NCBI GenBank assembly: GCA_964593885.1
Contig: CAZQKK010000002.1
Coordinates: forward strand, 286,990-350,989
Direction of reading: 5' to 3'
DNA: 64,000 nt
From: an uncultured Candidatus Saccharibacteria bacterium
Lineage (GTDB): Bacteria > Patescibacteriota > UBA1384 > CAILIB01
Shown: one piece after another, positions 29,007 through 38,070 of the stretch
How the letters are laid out: each line of letters opens with the position of its first letter
How positions within the stretch are numbered: the first letter of the stretch is position 1
The notes under the pieces: model-generated
The model's database searches: none
What the model saw: the letters and a program-made list of their open reading frames with translations, nothing else
What the model was told of the DNA's origin: nothing
Translations under genes and position numbers: made by a program

Positions 29007-29140
29007 AGGAGAAATGCGTCGCGGAAATGCTTGCATTTCCATGACCATTTCGACGAGGGGAAATCAGCAAAGCTGATTGTCCCCGAGACTCAGTGTTGTC
29101 AGGGTAACCCGCCGCAGGCGGGTGTCCCCGAGGCTCCGTC
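29007..29140 (-). repeat. tRNA-5'-end-like direct repeats (CTCGGGGA x3 including the tRNA itself) interleaved with three strong hairpins
   Basis: Reading the - strand upstream of the tRNA: CCUCGGGGACACCCGCCUGCGGCGGGU..., CUCGGGGACAAUCAGCUUUGCUGAUUUCCCCUCG..., then CUCGGGGAAUAGC (the tRNA 5' end). Hairpins: ACCCGCC-GCA-GGCGGGU, AAUCAGC-AAA-GCUGAUU, GGAAAUGC/GCAUUUCC. Confidence 0.4.
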
Positions 29141-29329
29141 TGTAATTTAAAGGGCCCACGAGCGTCGTATGCGGCCTGGAGATATCCAGGTGGGCTGCCT
29201 CACTGCCACTCCACGGAGTTGCAAAATATCGGCGTCCCAATGCATGAAAAGATGACCACATACACGCCCGTAGGCACTTCACACCGTAACCCATTTACCC
29301 TGGAATAGCAACAGAGTATACTTGGGTAT

Positions 29330-31675
29330 ATGAGTGCCACGCTCGCTGCCGAGCTCTGCCGAATTGTCCCGCCGGAAAAACTTCCAGACCGCCTTTTGGC
29401 ATCGGGAGTTATTCGTCCTTCTCGCACTGCTTCCCTGGCTGAACAGCCGGTACTTGCGTACGTTTTTGAGGTTGGAAAACCTTGGCTACCATCGTCCCAA
29501 CTCCTCCCCTCCCTCGTTACCACCCTTGAAGAGGGGTACACCAACCTTGAGGGAAAGGGAAATCTGGATGACCAGTTTGAGAACCTCCTCCGTGACGTAA
29601 ACCAGAAGCTCAACGAGATTTCCGAGTCTGGCGAGACTGACTGGATTGGAAGTCTCAACGGCCTAATCCTCCTCATCGGAAAGCACGAGCTCCACTTCGC
29701 CCAAACTGGTAGGTGTCCCGCATTTCTTCTCCAGAACAACCGTATTCGCCAAATCACCGATGACGCTAGCGCATCTGAAGGTGACGTTCACCCCCTTAAA
29801 ACATTCTCAAACCTTGCGTCAGGCAGGCTTGGCGAGAACGATCAAATCCTCATCGCCAACCAAGAGCTGTATGGAGAAATCTCTCTCGATGCCCTCCGCC
29901 GGATTCTCAATACCAGCTCGCCCTACCAGAGCTCTGTTCTCATCAGTAAAGAGCTCAAGAAAGAAAAGAATTCAAAAATCTGTAGCTTAATTATCGCCCT
30001 TAAGCACACCAACGAGCTTGGAAACGAACCTGAGGTTGTCAGCCTTGAAGAAGCTCTACAGAGCAACATAAAGAAGGTGCAAGGAAAACTTGGTCCATTG
30101 CTTGAAAAAGCCAAAATCGGTGCAAAAAAATTAAGTGAGGTAAGTGCAAAAGCCGCGGTAAAGGTTGGCGAGAGCGCCAAGAAAGCAGCAGAGCAAGCAA
30201 GCAGTAAAGCTAAGGAAACCTTCAAAACAGCAGAGCCTGTAGATGGTCTCCACCAGACGTCACCCGAAACTCCTGCAGTGGAGGAAACTACAGAACCTTC
30301 AGTAATAGAGGAGATTAAACCGACAGGCTTTGAGGAAGAAGAGACAATCACCGAGTCAGAGATTGGTACCATCATCCCAGCAAGCGAGTTTGATCTCGAG
30401 AAACCAAAACGTCACCACGAGAAAAAATCACGGCACGGTGTTGAGCTGGTAAAGTACCTCATCCTCAAGAAAATCCCCTACCTTGCCATTACGGGTCTTC
30501 ACCACTTCATTCTCTGGCTTCAGGTGCCTAAAAACAAAAAGATTGCTGCCCTCGGTCTTGCATGCCTGCTGATAGTCATTGTTGCCTGGGGAGCAGTTGC
30601 CCAGAGAAACCCTTCAACTGAACAAGGTGGGAGCACGAGCAACGCAAGTCTCATCGCCGACGTCACCTCTCTTAAAGGTAAAATTGCTACAGCAATTGAG
30701 CTCCAGCAGGAGGTAGAAGCAAGTCGCTTGGTAGAACAGGCTATAGAGAAGCTCATGGCAGTTGCTGATCCAAGTAACTCGCAGCGCGACGAGGTGAATA
30801 AGCTATGGGACAGCATCACGGCATCTGGTGACACATTGAGTAAAACTACCCGTCTCACTACCGCAGCTGCCACCTATGACTTTGACAGCGAGGTTACCAA
30901 CTTCATTACCAACCTTCCCTACTTCTACGGGATCAAAAAAGATACGTCAGATGTGAAACGCACCGGAATTGGTAACCTCAAAGAAATCCAAACAAGCATC
31001 GCTATCCCATTTAAAGATGATGCCGTAGTCTCTCTTGCAAAGAGCGTTGAGTCAGATACGGCTGGGTATGTTCTTACCAAGCAGAGTCAGGTCTTACGTA
31101 TTGCTCAAATAGGCAGTAGCACCGACGTCAGACCAATTTCGCCTTCCTCAGGTGAATTCGCCGCAGGAGATGTTATCGCAAGCTACTCTGGAAATGTATA
31201 CATCTTAGATACCAAATCTGGTCTCGTTTGGAGGTACGGCAACAGCGGCACCGTCTACAGTGAAGGGAAGAGTCTCTTCGACCCCAACAAAGTCAACCTG
31301 AAAAAGAGTGTTTCACTAGCAATTGATGGGAGTTTCTACATTCTGAAACAGGATGGCAGCATCACAAAACTGACAGGCGGTAAGCAGGACACTACATTTA
31401 CCTTGAAAGGTCAGCCGACTCTCAGCCAAAAGCTTACCCAGCCACTCCAGGTGGTAACCAATGAAGGACTGAGCAGCATTTTTGTCCTTGATGCGGGTAG
31501 CACCAGTAGTGACAGGTCAACAGGAAGAATTCTTGAATTTACAAAGAATGGTGATTTTGTGAAGCAGTACGCTTTCCCAAACAACTTCACCAATGTGAGG
31601 GCGTTTGATATCAATACAAAAGACAACAAAATCTGGATCCTCAACGGATCAACTGTTTCAGAATTCTCAATCTAG
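29330..31675 (+). CDS. single-pass membrane protein with an N-terminal catalytically degenerate PP2C-like domain and a C-terminal beta-propeller-like repeat domain
   Basis: N-domain follows the PP2C fold pattern (VFEVGKPW ... GSLNGLILLIGKHELHFAQTGRCPAFLLQNNRIRQITDD ... ILIANQELYGEIS) but with the metal-binding Asp positions substituted. Acidic/Lys-rich linker, TM helix IAALGLACLLIVIVAWGAV. C-domain has repeated YILD/FYIL/IFVLD/IWILNG strands. Confidence 0.55.
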   Translation: MSATLAAELCRIVPPEKLPDRLLASGVIRPSRTASLAEQPVLAYVFEVGKPWLPSSQLLPSLVTTLEEGYTNLEGKGNLDDQFENLLRDVNQKLNEISESGETDWIGSLNGLILLIGKHELHFAQTGRCPAFLLQNNRIRQITDDASASEGDVHPLKTFSNLASGRLGENDQILIANQELYGEISLDALRRILNTSSPYQSSVLISKELKKEKNSKICSLIIALKHTNELGNEPEVVSLEEALQSNIKKVQGKLGPLLEKAKIGAKKLSEVSAKAAVKVGESAKKAAEQASSKAKETFKTAEPVDGLHQTSPETPAVEETTEPSVIEEIKPTGFEEEETITESEIGTIIPASEFDLEKPKRHHEKKSRHGVELVKYLILKKIPYLAITGLHHFILWLQVPKNKKIAALGLACLLIVIVAWGAVAQRNPSTEQGGSTSNASLIADVTSLKGKIATAIELQQEVEASRLVEQAIEKLMAVADPSNSQRDEVNKLWDSITASGDTLSKTTRLTTAAATYDFDSEVTNFITNLPYFYGIKKDTSDVKRTGIGNLKEIQTSIAIPFKDDAVVSLAKSVESDTAGYVLTKQSQVLRIAQIGSSTDVRPISPSSGEFAAGDVIASYSGNVYILDTKSGLVWRYGNSGTVYSEGKSLFDPNKVNLKKSVSLAIDGSFYILKQDGSITKLTGGKQDTTFTLKGQPTLSQKLTQPLQVVTNEGLSSIFVLDAGSTSSDRSTGRILEFTKNGDFVKQYAFPNNFTNVRAFDINTKDNKIWILNGSTVSEFSI

Positions 31676-31681
31676 GAAGGT

Positions 31682-33352
31682 CTAATCAGCTACCGTTTCG
31701 CGGGAGAGACTTTCTGGAGCGCTAATGTTCAGGAGATTTAATCCTAGTTTAATCGTCTTCCTTGTAAGCTCAGAAAGAGCGAGACGACTGGAAGACACCT
31801 CTGCAGCTCCTGGATCAACAACCCGGTTCTGCGCGTAGAACTGGTGGTAACGTGCCGCAAGTTCCTGGAGGTACTGACAGAGGAGGTTGATACGGAAGCT
31901 CTCAGCTGCTTCACCAATGACGGTTGGGAAAGCGCTCAACTGACGTACCAGCCTACGCTCAGTCTCGCTCAAAACACCACTCACATCCCCTGGGTACAAA
32001 TTTTGTGTCGCTGCACGAGAGATGAGACTTGCAACCCTTGCGTGGGCATACTGAATAGAGTAGACAGGATTCTTTTCAGAGGTGTCTTTTGCAAGTTGGA
32101 GATCAAAGTCTACGTGAGTTTCGTTGGCCTTGCTTACCATAAAATAGACAAAAACATCTCGCGGAACCTCATCAAGAACTTCCGCTGCTGAAACAAATTT
32201 CCCCGTTCGTTTAGACATATCCAGTGTTTTCCCGTCTTTTTTGAGCTGCACGTACTGGTACACAACTGCCTGGTACTGGCTAGCTTCAAGCCCCAATGCA
32301 ACCATTCCAGCCCGCATCCTTGGTGGGTGTCCAGAGTGGTCAGCACCTAATAGACAAACAGCAATATCGTTACCCCGGTGAGTTAACTTATCAACATGGT
32401 AAGCAAGGTCATTCGTAAAATAGGTTGTTGAACCATCAGACTTCACCAATACTGTTTCCCTATCATCGTCTTGAATACCTGCCTTCAACCAGAGCGCACC
32501 ATCGTTTTTAACCGTTGCTCCATGAGCCTCAAGGAGAGCTAGACACTCTGTAATACCGCCCTTTTCCTGGAGGGTATTCTCCCAAAACCAGAGGTCAAAA
32601 TGGATACCCATCCTCTCAACCACAGCCTTGGTATTTTCAACCATTCTTTCAATGGCGGCTTTTCGCATTTGCTCTACCCAAGTTGCTTCGTCTCCCTGGA
32701 TCAAGGCATCTCCATGGGCTGCTGCAAGGTTTGACGCAAGCTCTTTTACGTAGTCACCCTGGTAGCCATCTTCAGGGAACTGATATTCTCTCCCAAAGTG
32801 TGATGCATAGAAATGGAGTACACTTGCCGCAAATCTATTAGCTTGCCCCCCAATACTGTTCACGTAAAACTCACGTGTAACCTTGTGACCACGAGCTGAA
32901 AGAACGCGAGAGATTGCTTCACCCAGAGGTCCTCCACGTGCATTACCAATGTGAAGAGGTCCAGATGGATTTGCACTCACGTACTCAACTGAGATTTTCT
33001 TTCTATCTGCATCAGGCAAGAGGAGCTTTGATGCAAACTCTTGTTCATCACCTGCAGATAACTGCGATGCTACCTCCAGATAGAATGCGTTTGAAAGGGT
33101 AATGTTTAAGAAACCAGGGCCGGCAATGCTCACCTCTTCAACGTGAGGATTTGATCTTAAGACATCCGAGATTTCTTCCGCAATGACACGTGGGGATTTC
33201 CCAGCATCCTTTGCCAATAGCATTGGTGCATTCAAAGAAACATCTCCACCTGCGTGTGCAGGAGGTTCTACAGCAAGTAGACCATCAGGCACTTGATAAC
33301 CTAGTTGGGTGAGGACATCCTCAATTGTCTTGAGGATAAGTTTGAATATCAT
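31682..33352 (-). CDS. argS: arginyl-tRNA synthetase
   Basis: Class I HIGH variant PSGPLHIGNARGG and KMSK-like region; 556 aa. Confidence 0.9.
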   Translation of the reverse strand: MIFKLILKTIEDVLTQLGYQVPDGLLAVEPPAHAGGDVSLNAPMLLAKDAGKSPRVIAEEISDVLRSNPHVEEVSIAGPGFLNITLSNAFYLEVASQLSAGDEQEFASKLLLPDADRKKISVEYVSANPSGPLHIGNARGGPLGEAISRVLSARGHKVTREFYVNSIGGQANRFAASVLHFYASHFGREYQFPEDGYQGDYVKELASNLAAAHGDALIQGDEATWVEQMRKAAIERMVENTKAVVERMGIHFDLWFWENTLQEKGGITECLALLEAHGATVKNDGALWLKAGIQDDDRETVLVKSDGSTTYFTNDLAYHVDKLTHRGNDIAVCLLGADHSGHPPRMRAGMVALGLEASQYQAVVYQYVQLKKDGKTLDMSKRTGKFVSAAEVLDEVPRDVFVYFMVSKANETHVDFDLQLAKDTSEKNPVYSIQYAHARVASLISRAATQNLYPGDVSGVLSETERRLVRQLSAFPTVIGEAAESFRINLLCQYLQELAARYHQFYAQNRVVDPGAAEVSSSRLALSELTRKTIKLGLNLLNISAPESLSRETVAD

Positions 33353-33361
33353 TTGAAGAGC

Positions 33362-34546
33362 CTACTTTTCAAGCTTGAGGAATCGGTGCCTACCAACTTG
33401 GAGCACCCCAGGAGTAAGAACATGTTGGTGTGATGTAATTTGTACGCCTTCAAGACGTACGCCGCCTTGGTCAATAATTCTACGAGCATCGGTATTGCTG
33501 GTAGCAAATCCAGACGATACAAGAACACTAACTACGCTATCCTCACTTGAAAGCGAAAAGACTTCCATATTTTCTGGAAATGATTTCTGTAAGGTTTCAT
33601 GATCCCATTGTGTTGAAGCTGCCTCTGCCGCAGCCTCACCCCAAAACAACTCGACAAACCTAGCTGCTAGTTTGAGCTTCACATCTCTTGGGTTACTATC
33701 AGCTAACATTTTGCTAAGTTCTTCTTCAGGCATTAGCTGCGCAGACTTTGGTAGACAACGATGTACCATCAGAATATCTGCGTCAGCAACCTGCATGATT
33801 GCGGTAAAGAAGCCAAAAGGTGGTTGATTGAGAGAAATCCCGTTACCCTGGCTCGAACTCATTTTCTTACCTGTAGAGTCTGTAATAAGTTCGCCAGTGA
33901 TAATTGCTTGCGGTTGTAGGCCCCTCTGTTCTTGAAGAACCCTCCCAGCAAGAAGGTTAAACCACTGGTCTGTGCCTCCGAGCTCAATGTCAGCCCCAAC
34001 CGCAACTGAATCGTACCCTTGCATGATTGGGTAGAAGAATTCGCGAAGCGAAACCCTACTGCCTGCCTCTAACCGTTTTGCAATAAGCTCACGTTTTACA
34101 AACTGGTTAACTGAGAACGCATCAGCAAGAGTAATCAACTCTGAGAAAGTTAGCTTTTCAAGCCACTCATGGTTGTAATGAATGTGGACTAACTCTTTTT
34201 TTTCAGGATTTAGTACTCGCCAAAGTTGTTCTTCGTAGTGAGCAATATTTGCCTTAACCTGTTCCTCAGTCAACATTGGTCTTTCAGCATCTTTATCAGA
34301 GGTATCACCCACAAGCGCCGTGAAGCTACCAATAATGAGGTGCACCTCATGACCAAGCTCTTGAAACGCTCGTAGCCTCCACAGCGGCAAAGTTCTGCCT
34401 AAGTGAAGGTCTGGACTAGTGGGATCAATACCAAGTTTAACGTGCAATTTTTCCCCACGAGAAGCCTTCTCGCGAACTCTCGCAAGATCCACTGATTCCG
34501 CTACCAAATGCTCAAAACAGTCACTTAGTTCGAAGGTAAGTCTCAT
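33362..34546 (-). CDS. tyrS: tyrosyl-tRNA synthetase
   Basis: GIDPTSPDLHLGR (HIGH), KMSSS (KMSKS), C-terminal S4-like domain. ATG 34546 chosen, because the track start at 34582 is TTG. Confidence 0.85.
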   Translation of the reverse strand: MRLTFELSDCFEHLVAESVDLARVREKASRGEKLHVKLGIDPTSPDLHLGRTLPLWRLRAFQELGHEVHLIIGSFTALVGDTSDKDAERPMLTEEQVKANIAHYEEQLWRVLNPEKKELVHIHYNHEWLEKLTFSELITLADAFSVNQFVKRELIAKRLEAGSRVSLREFFYPIMQGYDSVAVGADIELGGTDQWFNLLAGRVLQEQRGLQPQAIITGELITDSTGKKMSSSQGNGISLNQPPFGFFTAIMQVADADILMVHRCLPKSAQLMPEEELSKMLADSNPRDVKLKLAARFVELFWGEAAAEAASTQWDHETLQKSFPENMEVFSLSSEDSVVSVLVSSGFATSNTDARRIIDQGGVRLEGVQITSHQHVLTPGVLQVGRHRFLKLEK

Positions 34547-34612
34547 ATCTGTTACTCTACCTAGTTTCTTGCTATACTTCAAACATCTTTCCGTAACGCA
34601 AAGCGTTCGGCC

Positions 34613-37576
34613 ATGCGCAAAAGTCGCACTTTCAACCCCCTCAACTTACGACAATCCAAACGTCCATTGCCAAAACCAAGTGGCAGACTAGGAAAGTTAG
34701 GCACAATTTCTACCCGTCAGGATAAAGATGCGTCAAAGCGCATCTTTAAACGCCTTCCCTGGCCAACTCGTGGCACCTTTCGTTTTACCTGGAAGAAGTT
34801 TGCAATCGTATTAGGATCACTTTTTGCCATTTTCGTAATCGGCATTGGGATAACCTTTGCGCTGGTTGTAAAGGAACTGCCAAACCCAAAGGAACTCTCT
34901 AGTAAATCACAGGACCAATCAACCAAGCTCCTTGACCGGAATGGAAACCTTCTCTTCAATTTCTATGATGAGAAGAACCGTACCCTCCTCAAATCTGAGG
35001 ATATAAGCGATAACATCAAAAAAGCTACCATCGCACTTGAGGATGCATCCTTCTACGATCACCCAGGCTTTGCGGTAAAGGGACTCGCGCGGGCTGTTTT
35101 CTGTAGAATCTACCCTAAGTGTGGGAGAACTGCAGGTGGTGGTTCTACTATTACCCAGCAGTACGTAAAAAACGCCCTCCTATCTTCAGAGCAGACGGCA
35201 AGTAGGAAACTGAAAGACCTCATCCTCGCAATTGAGGTAGAACAGGTCTACACCAAGGAAGAAATCCTCACAGGATACCTCAACGAGATCCCCTATGGTG
35301 GAAGCATCTACGGAGCTGAAGCGGCATCTCAAGCGTACTTCGGTAAATCTGCCAAAGACCTCACCCTCGCGGAGGCAGCAACCCTTGCTTCTATTCCCCA
35401 GAGGCCTTCCTACTACTCACCATATGGGAGTCACCTTGATGCCCTCTTTAGGCGTAAAGACTACGTCTTAGACCGTATGGTAATTGTTGGGTACATCACA
35501 CAAGAACAGGCAGATGCCGCCAAGAAAGAGGCACCAAATGCAGAGAACCCAACCTTTGCAAAAAGAAACTCAATTGTAGCGCCACACTTCGTCTTCTATG
35601 TGAGGCAAAAGCTTCTTGAGTTCATGCAGCAAGACGGCGTACTTGATGCCCAGGTTGCCGAGTCAAAGCTTGATACTGCCGGCTACATTGTTACCACTTC
35701 ACTTGACCTTGATACCCAAAGGCTCGCTGAGGGCGTCATGCAAGAAATGGGTCCAAACATGGTGAAGAAGTACAACGCGAGTAACGCAGCTCTCACAGCA
35801 GTAGACCCAAAGACTGGTGAAATCCTCGCTATGGTAGGAAGTATCGACTACGAAGAGTCAAAATCTGGAAACACCAACTTTGCAAACGCACTTCTCCAAC
35901 CTGGCTCAAGCTTTAAGCCATTCGTCTATGCAACTGCCTTCGATAAAGACCATAAGTTTTCTCCTGCCTCAATAACTTTTGACCTACAAACTGATTTTGG
36001 AAACTACGTCCCGCAAAACTATGATGGTAAATTCCGAGGACCAATTACCAATCGTAACGCTCTAGCGCAATCTCTCAATATCCCCGCGGTAAAAAATCTT
36101 GGTCTTGTTGGAATTAAGGACGCAATTTCAACAGCTGAGCGCCTGGGGATTACCTCGCTCACCAATAAACCTGCAGACTACGGTCTCTCACTCGTACTCG
36201 GTGCTGGTGAAGTAAGACCAGTTGAGATGGCTGGAGCGTATGGGGCATTCTCAAACAATGGCTTGAAGCATACTCTCAGGCCTGTGATTAAAATTGAAAA
36301 AGAGGGAAAGATGGTGAAAGACTACACCAAAGATGAACCAGTCCAAGCAATTGAGCCTGAGGTTGCCTACCAAATCACCAGCATTCTTTCAGATAACGCT
36401 GCCCGTGCTCCAATCTTTGGCACTAGGAGTAACCTCGTTCTTTCAGACAGGCCCGTCGCAGCAAAGAGTGGTACTACAAACAACAACCGTGATGGTTGGG
36501 TGGTGGGCTTCACCCCACAGATCTCAACCGCTGTTTGGGTGGGTAACAACGAGGCAAACAAGACCATGACCAAGGGAGCTGATGGCTCAGTGGTTGCTGG
36601 CCCAATTTGGAAGCGCTTTATGCAAGAGTACCTCAAGGGTAAACCAGTGGAGCAGTTTACTCGCCCAGACGGACTAAAAGAAGTCACCGTTGATAGGCTC
36701 TCTGGGAAACTCCCAACAGACCAGAGCCCAACTGACCAACGCGTAACCGACCTCTTTGCTGAGTGGCAAATTCCTAAAGATTTTGATGATGTTCACCAAA
36801 AGGTAAGAATTGATAAACTCACCGGCAAACTAGCAACAGACCTTACTCCCCCTGAGAACATTGAGGAGCGAATCTACTTTAAGGTTCACTCAGAGCAGCC
36901 AAACAACCCAAATTGGGAAGTACCAGTTCAGGAATGGGCGCGAGCTAACGGCGGCGGCACCCCTCCACCAACTGATTCTGACGACGTCCACACTGAGGCA
37001 AACAGACCAACCATTACCATCACAAGCCCTACAACTGGTGCAACGGTTGCAGGCGAATTCACCATGTCTGCTGACGCAGGTGGCCCAAGTGAAATTACCA
37101 AAGTTGATTTCTTCATCAACAACGTTTCAGTTGGAAGTAAAACAAGTGCCCCCTGGTCAGTTACCTATAACGCAACAGACCTCCCATCAGGAAGTCAGAT
37201 CATCGAAGCGAAAGCAACCAATGCCCTAGGACTCACCAGAACTGCACAAATTACCGTGGTGAAATCCGGAGATGTCACTCCGCCTGGAAAAGTTACCGGA
37301 GCAAGCATTATTAAAATTCCAAGCAGAGGAGCCAGGTTATCTTGGATTAACCCAATAGACTCTGACTTTAGTTCAGTAAACATCTACCAGTCTTTCGCAG
37401 CAGGAGTACTGGGGAGTAAGGTGAGAAACCTACCTGGATCCCCTGGAGGATCTGCCACCACAGACTTCACCGGTCTACCCCTTGGACCTGTGTACTTCAC
37501 GCTCAGACCAGTTGACGCTAGTGGAAACGAGAACCAAGATACCTCGCAGCTGAGTGTAATTATTACCGGACCGTAA
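34613..37576 (+). CDS. class A penicillin-binding protein (PBP1a-type transglycosylase/transpeptidase) with C-terminal Ig-like/fn3-like extension
   Basis: GT51 motifs EDASFYDHPGF and RQ; transpeptidase SSFKP, SLN, KSGTT; N-terminal TM anchor; about 250-aa beta-rich C-terminal tail. Confidence 0.85.
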   Translation: MRKSRTFNPLNLRQSKRPLPKPSGRLGKLGTISTRQDKDASKRIFKRLPWPTRGTFRFTWKKFAIVLGSLFAIFVIGIGITFALVVKELPNPKELSSKSQDQSTKLLDRNGNLLFNFYDEKNRTLLKSEDISDNIKKATIALEDASFYDHPGFAVKGLARAVFCRIYPKCGRTAGGGSTITQQYVKNALLSSEQTASRKLKDLILAIEVEQVYTKEEILTGYLNEIPYGGSIYGAEAASQAYFGKSAKDLTLAEAATLASIPQRPSYYSPYGSHLDALFRRKDYVLDRMVIVGYITQEQADAAKKEAPNAENPTFAKRNSIVAPHFVFYVRQKLLEFMQQDGVLDAQVAESKLDTAGYIVTTSLDLDTQRLAEGVMQEMGPNMVKKYNASNAALTAVDPKTGEILAMVGSIDYEESKSGNTNFANALLQPGSSFKPFVYATAFDKDHKFSPASITFDLQTDFGNYVPQNYDGKFRGPITNRNALAQSLNIPAVKNLGLVGIKDAISTAERLGITSLTNKPADYGLSLVLGAGEVRPVEMAGAYGAFSNNGLKHTLRPVIKIEKEGKMVKDYTKDEPVQAIEPEVAYQITSILSDNAARAPIFGTRSNLVLSDRPVAAKSGTTNNNRDGWVVGFTPQISTAVWVGNNEANKTMTKGADGSVVAGPIWKRFMQEYLKGKPVEQFTRPDGLKEVTVDRLSGKLPTDQSPTDQRVTDLFAEWQIPKDFDDVHQKVRIDKLTGKLATDLTPPENIEERIYFKVHSEQPNNPNWEVPVQEWARANGGGTPPPTDSDDVHTEANRPTITITSPTTGATVAGEFTMSADAGGPSEITKVDFFINNVSVGSKTSAPWSVTYNATDLPSGSQIIEAKATNALGLTRTAQITVVKSGDVTPPGKVTGASIIKIPSRGARLSWINPIDSDFSSVNIYQSFAAGVLGSKVRNLPGSPGGSATTDFTGLPLGPVYFTLRPVDASGNENQDTSQLSVIITGP

Positions 37577-37577
37577 A

Positions 37578-38070
37578 GGAAAAGACCCGCCGCCACGGGG
37601 CGGACAGGTCTTTCGAAAGTGGGAGTTAGCGTGAGTGTTTGGGAACTCACGGTACTTTCCCTATTTTCCTGCAGCCAGGAGTTCAGGCTCACGGGACGCC
37701 TGTGTCATTTTGCTGCTCCTTCACCAATCTGATTCCAAACATGGCGAAGTACCACTAGCCTATGCTTGTGTTTTGAAGCTGTCAAGCAGCACATACATCT
37801 CTCAACAACGAAGAAGGAGCCCCGAAGGGCTCCCTGTGATGGGCGTTCAGTACCTGGGCAAGCCCAGAGTACTTACGTTCTTTTGGAGAGGGAGAGAAGT
37901 TGACGGAATACTTACTACTCCATGTTGCTTGGGTGGCGATTGCCTCCCGTGATGTGTCAGCCCACAGGCCAACTCGAGCTGCATATGTGCCAACTCGATC
38001 GCTTTCCGTCTCACCACAGCTTAACCGCTAACGTGGTGATAGAAAAATCCTACCACAAGCACAGCCTACG
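37578..38070. ncRNA. second ORF-free structured region (about 490 nt): candidate ncRNA or long structured 3' UTR of radA; orientation unresolved
   Basis: No plausible coding ORF. Contains a GC-rich bidirectional terminator hairpin at the PBP end (GACCCGCCGCC-ACGGGG-CGGACAGGUC plus U-run on both strands) and several strong internal hairpins (for example GGAGCCCCGAAGGGCUCC). Confidence 0.2.

Noticed and set aside
29007-29140. Possible CRISPR array or tandem repeat near tRNA-Pro
   Set aside because: Only three copies of an 8-10-nt tRNA-5'-end motif with irregular spacing and no uniform repeat/spacer units; not a CRISPR array. No CRISPR-like arrays seen anywhere in the window.
37635-37952. 105-aa ORF (and 37922..38167, 37384..37692) inside the 37.58-38.07 kb non-coding region
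   Set aside because: Cys/Arg/Leu-rich low-complexity translations without RBS; region more consistent with structured RNA or UTR.
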